Positions 20,697 through 31,231 of a DNA stretch of 62,717 bases are shown here, piece by piece. Position numbers and translations under genes: made by a program. Position 1 is the stretch's first letter, and every line of letters starts with the position of its first letter. The stretch lies in sequence record SRR20825010_4822; one strand, 5' to 3'. Under the pieces are notes generated by a model, which ran no database searches, was not told where the DNA came from, and worked only from the letters and a program-made list of their open reading frames with translations.

Positions 20697-22372
20697 AAAG
20701 TATAAGCCAAGTTGATATCTAAGTTGAAGTTGTCTCGATCTTTCCCAGGATAATAAGGAAATGGAGTAGCATTAGGATCAAATACAACTTCCCACTGATA
20801 GTTCAGTGACCTCGTGTAGAACAAGGAGCCCCTAAGGAATAATTTGTCAAATTTCCATTCAACAAAGCTATGTAAACTATAGTCCACCCAATACCGAGTA
20901 AAGTCATTAGAGAAAGTGAAAGTAGCGAAGTCGTTATTATGGACATATCTCTCAACAGCTCCACCGATCCTTTTAAAACCTTTTACCCAAGCAACTTCGA
21001 GGTATTGAGCATTTCCTCCAGGCCCAAGAGCTGAGCCAAGTACTTCACCATTGTTAGTATAGCCGTCTCGTACTAGAGTATGAATATACCAAGCCGAAGC
21101 ATTCCTGAAAAATCTGCTTTCAGTCTGTGACATTTGTGTCAATTCAAAGTTGAATTGATAGAATTCATCTATATTAGTTGTTGAGAAAAGTTTGTTAAAA
21201 CCTATAGTTAAAGCCCTAGAGTGATCCGAATCGACCAATAAATCTCTTAAATTAAGGGATGCGTCATTCTTTCCAAATTCGAAATACAATTCGGCTTTGG
21301 AATCAAACCAAACCCATCTACCAAATATGTTAGCAGCTTGATCTCTATCTACTTCTGACCTAGTTATATTATTGTCGTTATTTCTGAATAAATTAGAAAA
21401 GGCAGGAAAGTAATCATTTGAGGCTTTTGCAATTTCACTATACTGCTGTACCCATCTAGTAAACCCGAGGGAAAGCCCCTCGATCCACTTTGGAGAATAT
21501 GACAAAGAGATTGCCTGAAAGTAACGCCAATCATCTGGTTTTGGCACAAACTGAATATTACCCCTGAATATTTCATCAGAGGCAGGTGGGTTATAGCCCG
21601 ATGCCTCAAGTCGTCCAGTTAGTATTTGCCCTTCAAAAGAACCAATTGAGGATTTGATAGGTTTTTGAGTATTGAATGTTAGGTGCGGAAACCCTTGAGC
21701 ATTATTACTCATCATTAAACTATTCCGAATAGCAGGTCCCCACCAAATATTTTCTGTAGACAAACCTACGGAAAGCCCCCACTGGTTAAGCCTTAAGCTT
21801 GATTGCCCAAATGTGACTTGTGTATAATTGCCATCTCCATAACGTTCAGGTTCATCTATCCTATTAAAAAACACATACCTGGATTGCCATGTGCTTTCCC
21901 AATGGCGCGGTTTTTCTGGGAAGCCTTGGTATCTATTATTTTCTGCAAATATTAACTCTGGTTTCAACTGAATGGTGAGTGGCCCCCATTCTGAATATAT
22001 CCCCGCACTTAGATAGGTTTGCAACCCTCTTGACCGAATCATAGCTCCGTCATTTCTGCTGTCGGGATGATCGCTATCATAGGCTAGTCTGAAATCTAAG
22101 GGTAAAACTTTCAACTTGCCTTTGTTACCATCAAAGCGGGCTATGGTTTTAAAGTAGTTATCGGTATCGAATACTAAGGAGTCGATTTTAAGACCGTTCT
22201 CTCCAAAGACTACTGGTCGATAATTAAATGAAAATGACGAATCAAGATTCCCGAGTAACTGCTGCCTTCTTAAATATTCTTGAACAACCGCTGATCCCAA
22301 AGGGATCGTTTGGGCAAATAATTGGCTGCCAAAAAGTAAGAAGGTATAGATTAACAATATTGTTTTTTTCAT
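20693..22372 (-). CDS. Capsule assembly Wzi-family outer-membrane protein (paralog 1)
   Basis: Signal peptide; ENIWWGP---NSL-MSNNA Wzi-type motif; C-terminal F. Confidence 0.75.
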   Translation of the reverse strand: MKKTILLIYTFLLFGSQLFAQTIPLGSAVVQEYLRRQQLLGNLDSSFSFNYRPVVFGENGLKIDSLVFDTDNYFKTIARFDGNKGKLKVLPLDFRLAYDSDHPDSRNDGAMIRSRGLQTYLSAGIYSEWGPLTIQLKPELIFAENNRYQGFPEKPRHWESTWQSRYVFFNRIDEPERYGDGNYTQVTFGQSSLRLNQWGLSVGLSTENIWWGPAIRNSLMMSNNAQGFPHLTFNTQKPIKSSIGSFEGQILTGRLEASGYNPPASDEIFRGNIQFVPKPDDWRYFQAISLSYSPKWIEGLSLGFTRWVQQYSEIAKASNDYFPAFSNLFRNNDNNITRSEVDRDQAANIFGRWVWFDSKAELYFEFGKNDASLNLRDLLVDSDHSRALTIGFNKLFSTTNIDEFYQFNFELTQMSQTESRFFRNASAWYIHTLVRDGYTNNGEVLGSALGPGGNAQYLEVAWVKGFKRIGGAVERYVHNNDFATFTFSNDFTRYWVDYSLHSFVEWKFDKLFLRGSLFYTRSLNYQWEVVFDPNATPFPYYPGKDRDNFNLDINLAYTF

Positions 22373-23052
22373 CTTTTCTTAAAAACGCTTATAGATAAAT
22401 TGTCTAAAGACCAGCTTTCATCACACAATGGATTGTCGGAGTTTGGTTGTACTAATCTATCATAAAAGCTTATAGTTGTACTATTCCTTTTATGTAGAAA
22501 TACTTTGTCAAACTTGTAAAGAGATGTTCCGTTTGGAGAATCTTTCCATGCGCACAAACCGGGAAGACTGGTAGAAGAAGCTTCTAATTTTGAGTCATTT
22601 GGAAAGGGGAACTCACGCGGGTAAGATTGGCTATAGCAGAAACCAGGTATACAGAGCCCATTTGAAAATGTAGTTTCAAAGTATATTTTTTCAGAGGACT
22701 TTAGGTTTTCATTTGGGTCAAACTCTAATATCCAAGCGTCATGGTCTTCCCCCAAAGGGTTGGTTCCGTTTGTATTACCATCCCAAGAATCGTGAATATA
22801 CAGATCGAAGGAAACTCGTATATATTCATGACCTGGTAAATCATCTAATGAAAGCTGAAATCCACCATTATTGAAATTACCCATAACAAAATCGCCATCA
22901 AAGTTTAACATCTTTACGCCAGAAATGCCTGAATAGTCCCCATTATCGAAGTCGTTGAAGTAAATAAGTTCTTCCTCGGGTACGATATCCTCACACGAGA
23001 AACAGAACAGAGCAAAAACGCAAAAGATATAGTTGATTGACTTTCTATTCAT
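22369..23052 (-). CDS. Uncharacterised lipoprotein
   Basis: Lipobox CFSC plus acidic export signal; FDLYIHDSWDGN and DESW beta-sandwich-like motifs; 4-nt overlap with wzi paralog 1. Confidence 0.7.
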   Translation of the reverse strand: MNRKSINYIFCVFALFCFSCEDIVPEEELIYFNDFDNGDYSGISGVKMLNFDGDFVMGNFNNGGFQLSLDDLPGHEYIRVSFDLYIHDSWDGNTNGTNPLGEDHDAWILEFDPNENLKSSEKIYFETTFSNGLCIPGFCYSQSYPREFPFPNDSKLEASSTSLPGLCAWKDSPNGTSLYKFDKVFLHKRNSTTISFYDRLVQPNSDNPLCDESWSLDNLSISVFKKR

Positions 23053-23300
23053 TTAATCAGTAAACGCAGGTTTATACTCGTTAAGGAACAATCAAAAATG
23101 AGAAACTTATTCTGAATAAATAAGAAAAGCTGTGAAATATGCCGAGTAAAGCAAAGGAGAGAACAATAATACTCAAGTTAAATTCTGAAGCCGTGAGCTT
23201 TTTATGCTCATTTTATGGATAGAGCAGTTCTTTAAAATAAAGATTGACTGCAGAAATGCATCTGGGATTTGATATATTTGAGGGATTAAATTTAATTGTA

Positions 23301-24800
23301 TTGAGACTCTTTTTATTAGGCATATTCCTGATTCTTTATAGGGTGACGCTGGCTCAGGATGTTTCAGCTAAACTTGACACGCTAGAACTAGAAATTCAAG
23401 CTGGCACTCTTATCTCATCCAAGAGCTTTGCTCCTTATTATCTAGTGAATAACCAATATGGAGAAGTTGATAGTGATGCACCTGTCTTTCTTAAAGGGAC
23501 ACTGCAATATAAAAGAACTATGAGCAAGTCTTGGACCCTTTCTTCAGGCTTGAGCTTTAGAAATGAAAGATTATCAACGCTTTATTTAGGCGCAAAATTT
23601 AAAGACTGGGAATTTAATGCTGGAAGAGTCAAAAAAACTTATGGCGGATTACACTCTGATCTGTCATCTGGGTCATTGGCATTGAGCGAAAATGCACTGC
23701 CAATTCCAATGCTTGAAATTAGTTTGAATGAATACAAGTCCGTTCCTTTCACGCATGGTTATTTGAAATTTAGAGGTTCTTTGAGTCAAAGGTGGATGGA
23801 AAATGATCGATACATTTCAAAAGCGCTTTTACATGGTAAGACTTTTTATGGTATGATTGATTTAGACGGTTTAATTGGTTTACAAATCTCATCGGGGATT
23901 GTCCATTTTGCTCAGTATGGTGGGATTTCCCCTCAAGGAGATAAACAGCCGAGTAGTTTAAACGATTATTTCAGGGTGTTCATGGGAAGAGGCATTCATA
24001 ACCCAGACGGTACAAGCGCTGGCGAGGGAAATGCCATTGGTAATCATCTTGGTTTAACAGAATTCATCTTCAAAAAGAGATTAGGAGCTCATACGCTGAG
24101 TCTTAATTATCAAAAGCCATTTGAAGATGCCGGTAGTATCCAATTCATAAGTTTTAAGGATTTTTTAATTGGGTTAGAATGGGCTTTGCCAGAGCATCAA
24201 TCTTTAATAAATAAACTTTATATCGAGGTGGTGAGAACAAAGTGGCAGAGTGGGCGTGGACTTCCGGACCCCACAGATGATATCCAAACTGAAGAGGAAA
24301 ACAGGAACAATGAATTTGGTGAAAGAGATGATATCTACAATAACTATTTGTATCGTTCGGGTTGGACATACCATGACCAGGTAATTGGGAATCCGTTGAT
24401 TTTAACTTACAAGCATACACTTAACTTTCTCGAACCGTATCCAGATTACGGTGTGGCCATTGCTAATAATAGATTATCAGCGCTACATATTGGCATTGAG
24501 GGGGGTTTTACTTCTAAAATTACCTATAAAGGGCTATTGACATACTCAAAAAACTTTGGTACTTATGCGGGGTTGTATGAGGGTAGATTTAACTGGGGTG
24601 GGATTGATAGAGACCCAAACTTTGAATATGTTTTTCTACCGGCTAAAAAACAATGGTATACATCTGTTGAAGTTAGTTATAAACAAGTGTTTGACTTAAG
24701 GCCATTGTCATTGAATATAAGGCTTGCAAACGATTTTGGTCAACTGTATCAGGCTGTTGGGTTTGAACTGTCTGTATTATATAGATTGTCAAATTATTAA
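23301..24800 (+). CDS. Capsule assembly Wzi-family outer-membrane protein (paralog 2)
   Basis: LSSGSLALSENALPIP, LHGK-FY, GNHLG, YNNYLYRSGWTY; start set at TTG 23301 (signal peptide follows; TATATTTG at 23273-23280). Confidence 0.78.
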   Translation: MRLFLLGIFLILYRVTLAQDVSAKLDTLELEIQAGTLISSKSFAPYYLVNNQYGEVDSDAPVFLKGTLQYKRTMSKSWTLSSGLSFRNERLSTLYLGAKFKDWEFNAGRVKKTYGGLHSDLSSGSLALSENALPIPMLEISLNEYKSVPFTHGYLKFRGSLSQRWMENDRYISKALLHGKTFYGMIDLDGLIGLQISSGIVHFAQYGGISPQGDKQPSSLNDYFRVFMGRGIHNPDGTSAGEGNAIGNHLGLTEFIFKKRLGAHTLSLNYQKPFEDAGSIQFISFKDFLIGLEWALPEHQSLINKLYIEVVRTKWQSGRGLPDPTDDIQTEEENRNNEFGERDDIYNNYLYRSGWTYHDQVIGNPLILTYKHTLNFLEPYPDYGVAIANNRLSALHIGIEGGFTSKITYKGLLTYSKNFGTYAGLYEGRFNWGGIDRDPNFEYVFLPAKKQWYTSVEVSYKQVFDLRPLSLNIRLANDFGQLYQAVGFELSVLYRLSNY

Positions 24801-24866
24801 TTCAAGGGGCAACATGTGAAAGGTTTGGCTTGTTTTAATATCTTTGTGGCAATATTTTTTTTGTGA

Positions 24867-26273
24867 TTGAATTGGAATAAAAATAATTCTCAAGTGGTGA
24901 GAAAAAGGTTTAACAGATACTTTCCGTATTTATTTGTGTTAGGGGAAATGATTGTTTTAACAATTATTTTCTTTAGTTCAGTATATGTGGCTGAGGGTCA
25001 GCTTGTTGTTAGTAAACCGTACCTCTTATTATTGACAATTTATTTATCTACTTGGCCCATTATATCATACCTGAATAAAGATTATAAAATTGGCAGAGCA
25101 GTCAGTTACTATACTACATTCAAAAAAGCCTTTTTTAGCGTATTCATTTTCATTTCTGTTATTTCAATTTTTTGGTTGTTTTCTGAGTCTGAATCTCTGG
25201 AACGTCATTTTTTAACCACTTTAGTCCTGCTTCTCTTCCTTTGGTTAACCATTTATAGAGTTTCGGTTCATCTTGTGCTGGATAAATACAGGGAGTTTGG
25301 TGGTAATATCCGGTATGCCATTATACTAGGCAATGATGATTTAGGTACCAAGTTATTTGAGACACTTAAAAAGAAGAGTCACTATGGAATAAGGTGTCTT
25401 GGGTTTTATGGAGATGTTAATGGCGACAATCGGGAGTATTCATATTTGGGAGACTTTAAAGATTTCCTGAAGGCAAACCTTGATAACGTAGATCACATTT
25501 ATGTGAGTGAGAGAGCTCCCAAATATGTATTGGAAAGGGCAATTGAAATTGGAGAAAGTAGTTTAAAAAGAGTAAAACTCTTGCCAGAATTCAAAACCGA
25601 AGCAATTAAGAACTTTGTGCTTCGAAGATATGATGCTGTACCAGTAATTGATGTTAATAACTTACCTCTAGATGCCAAGGTAAACACTTTCGTGAAACGT
25701 GCTTTTGATGTGGTATTTGCTTTTCTGATTTTTGTATTTTTTCTAAGTTGGATGTACCCTGTCTTTGGCTTGATTATAAAGTTAGAATCTAAAGGGCCGA
25801 TTCTTTTTAAGCAACTCAGACACGGTAAAGGGAATACACCATTTTACTGTTATAAATTCAGGACCATGGTGAAAAACAATGAATCTGATGTTGTTTGGGC
25901 CAGTAAGAATGACCCAAGGATAACCAAGTTTGGTACTTTTCTACGAAAAACAAGCTTGGACGAGTTTCCGCAATTCTTCAATGTATTGATTGGTAATATG
26001 TCAATTGTGGGCCCAAGACCCCATCCACTTTCTCTCAACAAAGCTTATGAAAGTAAAATAGAAAAGTATGCTAAACGACATGCTTATAAACCAGGAGTTA
26101 CTGGCTTGGCGCAAGCCATGGGCTTTAGAGGCGAAATAACGGATTACTATCAAATGAATTCTAGGGTGAGACTGGATAGGTTTTACCTTCAGAATTGGTC
26201 TTTTGTATTAGATGTTAAGATTATTTTTCTCACAATTTATGCTCTGATGAAAGGGCAAAAGCTAGCTTACTAG
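24867..26273 (+). CDS. wcaJ: Undecaprenyl-phosphate glucose phosphotransferase (WcaJ/WbaP-like)
   Basis: N-terminal TMs plus KRAFD, KFRTM, DPRITK, SLDEFPQF, VGPRPH, KPGVTGLAQ; promoter TATCTTTG 24839-24846. Confidence 0.85.
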   Translation: MNWNKNNSQVVRKRFNRYFPYLFVLGEMIVLTIIFFSSVYVAEGQLVVSKPYLLLLTIYLSTWPIISYLNKDYKIGRAVSYYTTFKKAFFSVFIFISVISIFWLFSESESLERHFLTTLVLLLFLWLTIYRVSVHLVLDKYREFGGNIRYAIILGNDDLGTKLFETLKKKSHYGIRCLGFYGDVNGDNREYSYLGDFKDFLKANLDNVDHIYVSERAPKYVLERAIEIGESSLKRVKLLPEFKTEAIKNFVLRRYDAVPVIDVNNLPLDAKVNTFVKRAFDVVFAFLIFVFFLSWMYPVFGLIIKLESKGPILFKQLRHGKGNTPFYCYKFRTMVKNNESDVVWASKNDPRITKFGTFLRKTSLDEFPQFFNVLIGNMSIVGPRPHPLSLNKAYESKIEKYAKRHAYKPGVTGLAQAMGFRGEITDYYQMNSRVRLDRFYLQNWSFVLDVKIIFLTIYALMKGQKLAY

Positions 26274-26297
26274 TTTTGATGTTGATAGTCTTTCAAA

Positions 26298-27695
26298 TTA
26301 TCTTTTGCTTAGGGTGATTTTTTTCTGAAACTCTACCCTGAAACCAATATGTGGAGAGGTGTAATTCCCCCAGTTATATTCTGTACCAATTAATAAATTA
26401 CTCTTTTTGATGTGAATACTGGTGTTCAGCGCAATTGAGCTAAGTTCTAAAGGGGTGTTTAGCGGTATATGCTTCGTCCCAGAATTTGTGAACTTCCTAA
26501 ATGAAAGAGTATATTTAAAATTCCGAATGTGGCCTTGAGAGTAAAGACTGAGGCCACTTACTACATTATTTATCGTATTGCCAAGTGTATTTTCTGGGTT
26601 GATAATGAGGAAAATGGGGCTCCCAATAAACTGGTTGTTATAGGTCCATCCGTTTCGATAAACACTGTTATTAAAAAAATTATCGGGGCCAGCGCCAAGC
26701 CCACTAAGTGAGCCCCCTTGATTTGAGGTGTTTACTATTTCAACTCCTATTTTATTTAAAAATCCTAAATCATCTAGTTGGTTTATAGAAAACCCATATG
26801 CCCCAGCGTTCCAATTCTTTGGTTTTAATCCAGAACCATCTTCCCACAACCATTGAATATAATTTTCTATATTCCAGTTTTCACTAATGGTGATTTTTAA
26901 TTGAAGGTCCCATGTGCCAAGGTGGTTGCCAAGGGCATTGATCTTATCTGTGTCAAGAGCATTCTCATCACCCTTGCTCGCAAGTAAAATCCGCATGAAA
27001 TTGGAAAGCCCTGTAGGTTGTTTTAAGCCGCTCTGGCGGTTTTGACCTCCCCACTGTGCGTTATGTGTTATTCCGAAATTAAACTGAATTGGTAAGCTTT
27101 CTGTATTAAATTTAAAATGAAGATACTTTTCATGAAGCAGTGCTCCACTTTGATGTCTATCCGCTTCAAGCCACCCGTGTGCGATATATCCTTTTACACT
27201 AAGAAAGGATTTGATTAGCGGAAACCAATCACGGGTTTGTAAGGATAACTTCGGGATGGGGCGTGAATTGTTTCCATTCACAAGATTTCCAAAACCAAGC
27301 GCTGGGTTGTAACCGAAAGACTCTTCTTTTTGGCCTACAGTAAAAATAAAGCTAGAGTAACTAAGCCCAATATAATTTTGAATTAAGTTTCCATATACCT
27401 TGTTGGAGGTAATCCCCACCCATTCAATCCCATAGAAATAGTTAAGGTTATTTGTTCTACTTATGTCCTTATTTAAAAATAGATTACTGTAGACAAAACT
27501 TCCCTCCTCATTTTTAAAACGCTGACTATTATTTCCATGGGTCCAGAACGGTACCGTACCATTCACTGACGAGATTAAGCCCTGTTTTATTAAAAGACTA
27601 TGTGATTCTTGAGTTGAGTCATGAGAAAATTGAAAACCGTATAATAATGGCCCAGAGAACAAACCGAAAAGAATTAGGGATCTTTTTATTAGCAT
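26298..27695 (-). CDS. Capsule assembly Wzi-family outer-membrane protein (paralog 3)
   Basis: PFW, NNSRPIP, LHEKYLH, AQWGG, NALGNHLG, FFNNSVYRNGWTY. Confidence 0.78.
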   Translation of the reverse strand: MLIKRSLILFGLFSGPLLYGFQFSHDSTQESHSLLIKQGLISSVNGTVPFWTHGNNSQRFKNEEGSFVYSNLFLNKDISRTNNLNYFYGIEWVGITSNKVYGNLIQNYIGLSYSSFIFTVGQKEESFGYNPALGFGNLVNGNNSRPIPKLSLQTRDWFPLIKSFLSVKGYIAHGWLEADRHQSGALLHEKYLHFKFNTESLPIQFNFGITHNAQWGGQNRQSGLKQPTGLSNFMRILLASKGDENALDTDKINALGNHLGTWDLQLKITISENWNIENYIQWLWEDGSGLKPKNWNAGAYGFSINQLDDLGFLNKIGVEIVNTSNQGGSLSGLGAGPDNFFNNSVYRNGWTYNNQFIGSPIFLIINPENTLGNTINNVVSGLSLYSQGHIRNFKYTLSFRKFTNSGTKHIPLNTPLELSSIALNTSIHIKKSNLLIGTEYNWGNYTSPHIGFRVEFQKKITLSKR

Positions 27696-27732
27696 GTAAT
27701 TGAGACACTAAATAGTAAGCGTTGGTTGTAGC

Positions 27733-28716
27733 TTACTTTATATAGTGGTCAAAATTCTTGTGATCTTTATCGAAAAGCTTCTCTTCTGAAAATGATCTGA
27801 AATAATCGTATGTTATTTTTAACCCTTCAGCACGTGATATTTTAGGCTCCCATCCTAGTATGTCCCGAGCTTTGTCAATGTTAGGTTGTCGCTGCATTGG
27901 ATCATCTTTTGGCAATGGTTTGTAAATCACCTTTTGCTGAGTTCCTGTTAATTTGATGATTTCTTCAGCAAATTGAGAAATTGTAATTTCATCAGGGTTA
28001 CCAATATTTACGGGGTATGCATAGTCCGATAATAAAAGTCTATAAATCCCTTCCACCAGATCATCAACATAGCAGAAAGACCTTGTTTGAGAACCATCTC
28101 CAAAGATCGTTAAATCTTCACCACGCAAAGCTTGGCCAATAAAGGCTGGCAAGACACGGCCATCATTCAGGCGCATACGTGGCCCGTAGGTGTTGAATAT
28201 TCTTACGATTCGGGTTTCTAACTTATGGTAAGTGTGGTAAGCCATTGTTATTGCTTCTTGAAACCTTTTGGCTTCATCATAAACCCCTCTTGGACCAACT
28301 GGGTTTACGTTACCATAGTATTCCTCAGTTTGGGGGTGAACCATCGGGTCCCCATATACTTCGGAAGTTGAGGCAATAAGCATTCTCGCGCCCTTATTTA
28401 AAGCTAAGCCCAAAAGGTTATGGGTTCCCAAAGAGCCTACTTTCAAAGTTTGAATCGGAATCTTCAGATAGTCAATCGGGCTTGCGGGAGAGGCGAAGTG
28501 TAGAATATAGTCGAGTTTACCAGCTACATGAACAAATTTTGAAACATCATGGTGATGAAACTCAAACTGTTCTAGAGGCATAAGGTGCTCAATATTGGAT
28601 AAGTGACCAGTAATGAGGTTATCCATACCAATTACGTAATACCCTTCTTTTATAAAACGATCACATAAATGAGAACCAAGAAACCCTGCAGCGCCTGTAA
28701 TTAAAACTCTTTTCAT
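27733..28716 (-). CDS. uxs: UDP-glucuronic acid decarboxylase (UDP-xylose synthase family)
   Basis: [43 protein letters not shown]. Confidence 0.9.
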   Translation of the reverse strand: MKRVLITGAAGFLGSHLCDRFIKEGYYVIGMDNLITGHLSNIEHLMPLEQFEFHHHDVSKFVHVAGKLDYILHFASPASPIDYLKIPIQTLKVGSLGTHNLLGLALNKGARMLIASTSEVYGDPMVHPQTEEYYGNVNPVGPRGVYDEAKRFQEAITMAYHTYHKLETRIVRIFNTYGPRMRLNDGRVLPAFIGQALRGEDLTIFGDGSQTRSFCYVDDLVEGIYRLLLSDYAYPVNIGNPDEITISQFAEEIIKLTGTQQKVIYKPLPKDDPMQRQPNIDKARDILGWEPKISRAEGLKITYDYFRSFSEEKLFDKDHKNFDHYIK

Positions 28717-28718
28717 AA

Positions 28719-30032
28719 TTATATACCTATGCCGTAGTAATCGAAACCAAGACTTTTAACCTCTTCCTTGTCGTAAATATTTCTTCCATCAAAAATCACT
28801 TTTGACTTCATTAATCTCGCCACAACATCAAAGTTTGGAACTCTGAACTCTGGCCATTCCGTAACCAAAAGTAATGCGTCCACATCTATAAGTGTGTCAT
28901 ATTCATCTTTTGCGTAAGCAACGGTGTCTTTCAGGTCGTGTTTAGCTTCTGCCATTGCAATTGGGTCATAAACTTTTATTTTGGCTCCCATCTCCAATAA
29001 TGCATTGATGATTACGATAGAAGGTGCTTCCCTCATATCATCAGTTTTAGGTTTAAAAGAAAGACCCCATACCGCGAATGTTTTGCCAGTTAAGTCACTT
29101 CCATAGTGAGATTTAACCTTGGTTACCATTACAGATTTCTGACGTTCATTTACTTCTTCTACTGCCTTTAAAACGGACATGGTATACCCATTATCTTCGG
29201 CTGTTTTAATTAGTGCTTTTACATCTTTAGGGAAGCAAGATCCTCCGTAACCTACACCTGGGTAAATAAACTTATTTCCTATTCGATTATCGCTGCCAAT
29301 ACCTTTACGCACCATGTTGACATCTGCACCCATGATCTCGCAGAGGTTGGCAATGTCGTTCATGAAGCTGATTTTTGTAGCAAGCATCGAGTTTGCTGCA
29401 TATTTAGTCATTTCAGCCGATGGCACGTCCATGAAAATGGTAGGGTGTCCGTTAAGAAGAAAGGGCTTATAAAGCTTTTTCATCATTTCTTCAGCTTTCT
29501 CTGACTCTACACCCACAACGATTCGATCGGGCTTTAAGAAATCGGCAATAGCAGCACCTTCTTTTAAGAACTCGGGGTTAGAGGCAACATCAAAAGGAAT
29601 ATCTACTCCCCTTCTTTTTAAAGCATCTGCTACTTCTTTTTTTACTTTTTGAGCTGTTCCTACTGGTACAGTGCTTTTGGTAACCACTACCATGTAGTTA
29701 TTCATGTTTTCACCAATTGACCTGGCTACGGCCAAAACATATTTTAAGTCTGCACTTCCGTCTTCACCCGGAGGAGTTCCTACAGCAATAAAAGCTGTTT
29801 CACAATCTTGAATACTCTCTGCCAAATTGGTTGAAAAATGCAAACGCCCTTTTTCATAGTTCTTTTTTACCATGGTTTCCAAACCAGGCTCATATATGGG
29901 CATTATGCCTTCTTTAAGGCCGTCAATTTTCTTTTGATCAATATCAATACAAGTTACGTCAATACCTACTTCGGCAAAACATGTTCCTGTTACTAAACCT
30001 ACATAACCAGTTCCTACTACTGCTATTTTCAT
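28719..30032 (-). CDS. ugd: UDP-glucose 6-dehydrogenase
   Basis: [31 protein letters not shown]. Confidence 0.95.
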   Translation of the reverse strand: MKIAVVGTGYVGLVTGTCFAEVGIDVTCIDIDQKKIDGLKEGIMPIYEPGLETMVKKNYEKGRLHFSTNLAESIQDCETAFIAVGTPPGEDGSADLKYVLAVARSIGENMNNYMVVVTKSTVPVGTAQKVKKEVADALKRRGVDIPFDVASNPEFLKEGAAIADFLKPDRIVVGVESEKAEEMMKKLYKPFLLNGHPTIFMDVPSAEMTKYAANSMLATKISFMNDIANLCEIMGADVNMVRKGIGSDNRIGNKFIYPGVGYGGSCFPKDVKALIKTAEDNGYTMSVLKAVEEVNERQKSVMVTKVKSHYGSDLTGKTFAVWGLSFKPKTDDMREAPSIVIINALLEMGAKIKVYDPIAMAEAKHDLKDTVAYAKDEYDTLIDVDALLLVTEWPEFRVPNFDVVARLMKSKVIFDGRNIYDKEEVKSLGFDYYGIGI

Positions 30033-30138
30033 TACTTATTTTTTTTTGACAAAGGTTAGATAAATAAGGGTCTTATTAATTGAAATTAGTTGAATACACT
30101 GATTTCTCAGATGGGCGTTAACTTATATTAGATAAGTA

Positions 30139-31158
30139 TCAAATATCTTTGGTTAATGTTTTTTGCCAATTCCAAGAGTCTTTTAGTGAGTCCTTCAATG
30201 ACTTTTCGGTTTGCCAACCCAGAGTCTCAGTCGACTTCGAGACATCAGCATAGATTTTTTCTATATCTCCATTTCTTCTTTCACCTACCTTGTAGTTTAG
30301 CTTAATCCCAGAAACTTCCTCGAAAGTATTTACCATTTCCAGAACGGTGTTGCCTCTGCCTGTTCCAATATTGAAGATATCGAAAGATAAATTTGAATGG
30401 AGTGCTAAGTATTCTAAGCTTTTAACATGGGCTTTGGCTAAATCCACCACATGAATGTAATCTCTAACGCAAGAGCCATCTGCGGTATCATAATTATCTC
30501 CAAACACGGTAAGTTGTTCTCTCCAGCCTGCGGCAGTTTGCGTAATAAAAGGCACCAAATTATTTGGGATGCCTAGCGGTAATTCTCCAATCTCGGAGGA
30601 TGGGTGTGCCCCCACAGGATTAAAGTAACGCAAGGCAATGGCTCTAAATGACTTGTCCGAAATAGAAGTGTCTTCAATGATCTCTTCACATACTTGTTTG
30701 GTGTTTCCATAGGGAGATTCGGCAGTTTTCTTCGGGCTTTGCTCCGTTACAGGAAGTTGATCTGGTTGGCCATAAACTGTGCATGACGATGAGAAAATTA
30801 GCTTTTCAACACCTTCATCCTTCATTAAACGAATAAGGGTCATTAGCGAGCCTACATTGTTTTCGTAATAGTCTAAAGGCTTTGCAACTGATTCTCCAAC
30901 TGCTTTGTATGCAGCGAAGTGTATTACACCTGAAATCTCATTTGTTTTAAAAACTTGCCTGAAATCTTCTTTGTTATTACAGTCAATTTGATAAAAAGTA
31001 AAGTCTTTACCCGTAATATTCTTAAGTCCATTTAAAATTGACTTTCTAGAATTAGATAAATTATCGACTATAATAGGGTTATAACCCGCATTATGGAGCT
31101 CAACCACTGTATGTGAACCTATATAACCCGCACCACCTGTAACAAGGATATTTTGCAT
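30139..31158 (-). CDS. galE: UDP-glucose 4-epimerase
   Basis: GGAGYIGSH, HFAAYKAVGES, LRYFNPVGAH, RDYIHV; start ATG 31158. Confidence 0.95.
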   Translation of the reverse strand: MQNILVTGGAGYIGSHTVVELHNAGYNPIIVDNLSNSRKSILNGLKNITGKDFTFYQIDCNNKEDFRQVFKTNEISGVIHFAAYKAVGESVAKPLDYYENNVGSLMTLIRLMKDEGVEKLIFSSSCTVYGQPDQLPVTEQSPKKTAESPYGNTKQVCEEIIEDTSISDKSFRAIALRYFNPVGAHPSSEIGELPLGIPNNLVPFITQTAAGWREQLTVFGDNYDTADGSCVRDYIHVVDLAKAHVKSLEYLALHSNLSFDIFNIGTGRGNTVLEMVNTFEEVSGIKLNYKVGERRNGDIEKIYADVSKSTETLGWQTEKSLKDSLKDSWNWQKTLTKDI

Positions 31159-31231
31159 AAACACAAATTTAGAAGCTTAGAGGGATTAATTAATATCAAA
31201 CCCTATTTTTGTATCGAAATACTAATGCAAT

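Noticed and set aside
30039-30047. T9 run just upstream of ugd as a phase-variable tract
   Set aside because: It reads as an A-rich 5' UTR on the coding strand, normal for Bacteroidota translation initiation, and A/T runs are common here.
1-31164. Invertible promoters or UpxY/ops antitermination signals in the polysaccharide locus
   Set aside because: No IR-flanked promoter, recombinase or NusG paralog seen; the start of the locus lies outside the window.
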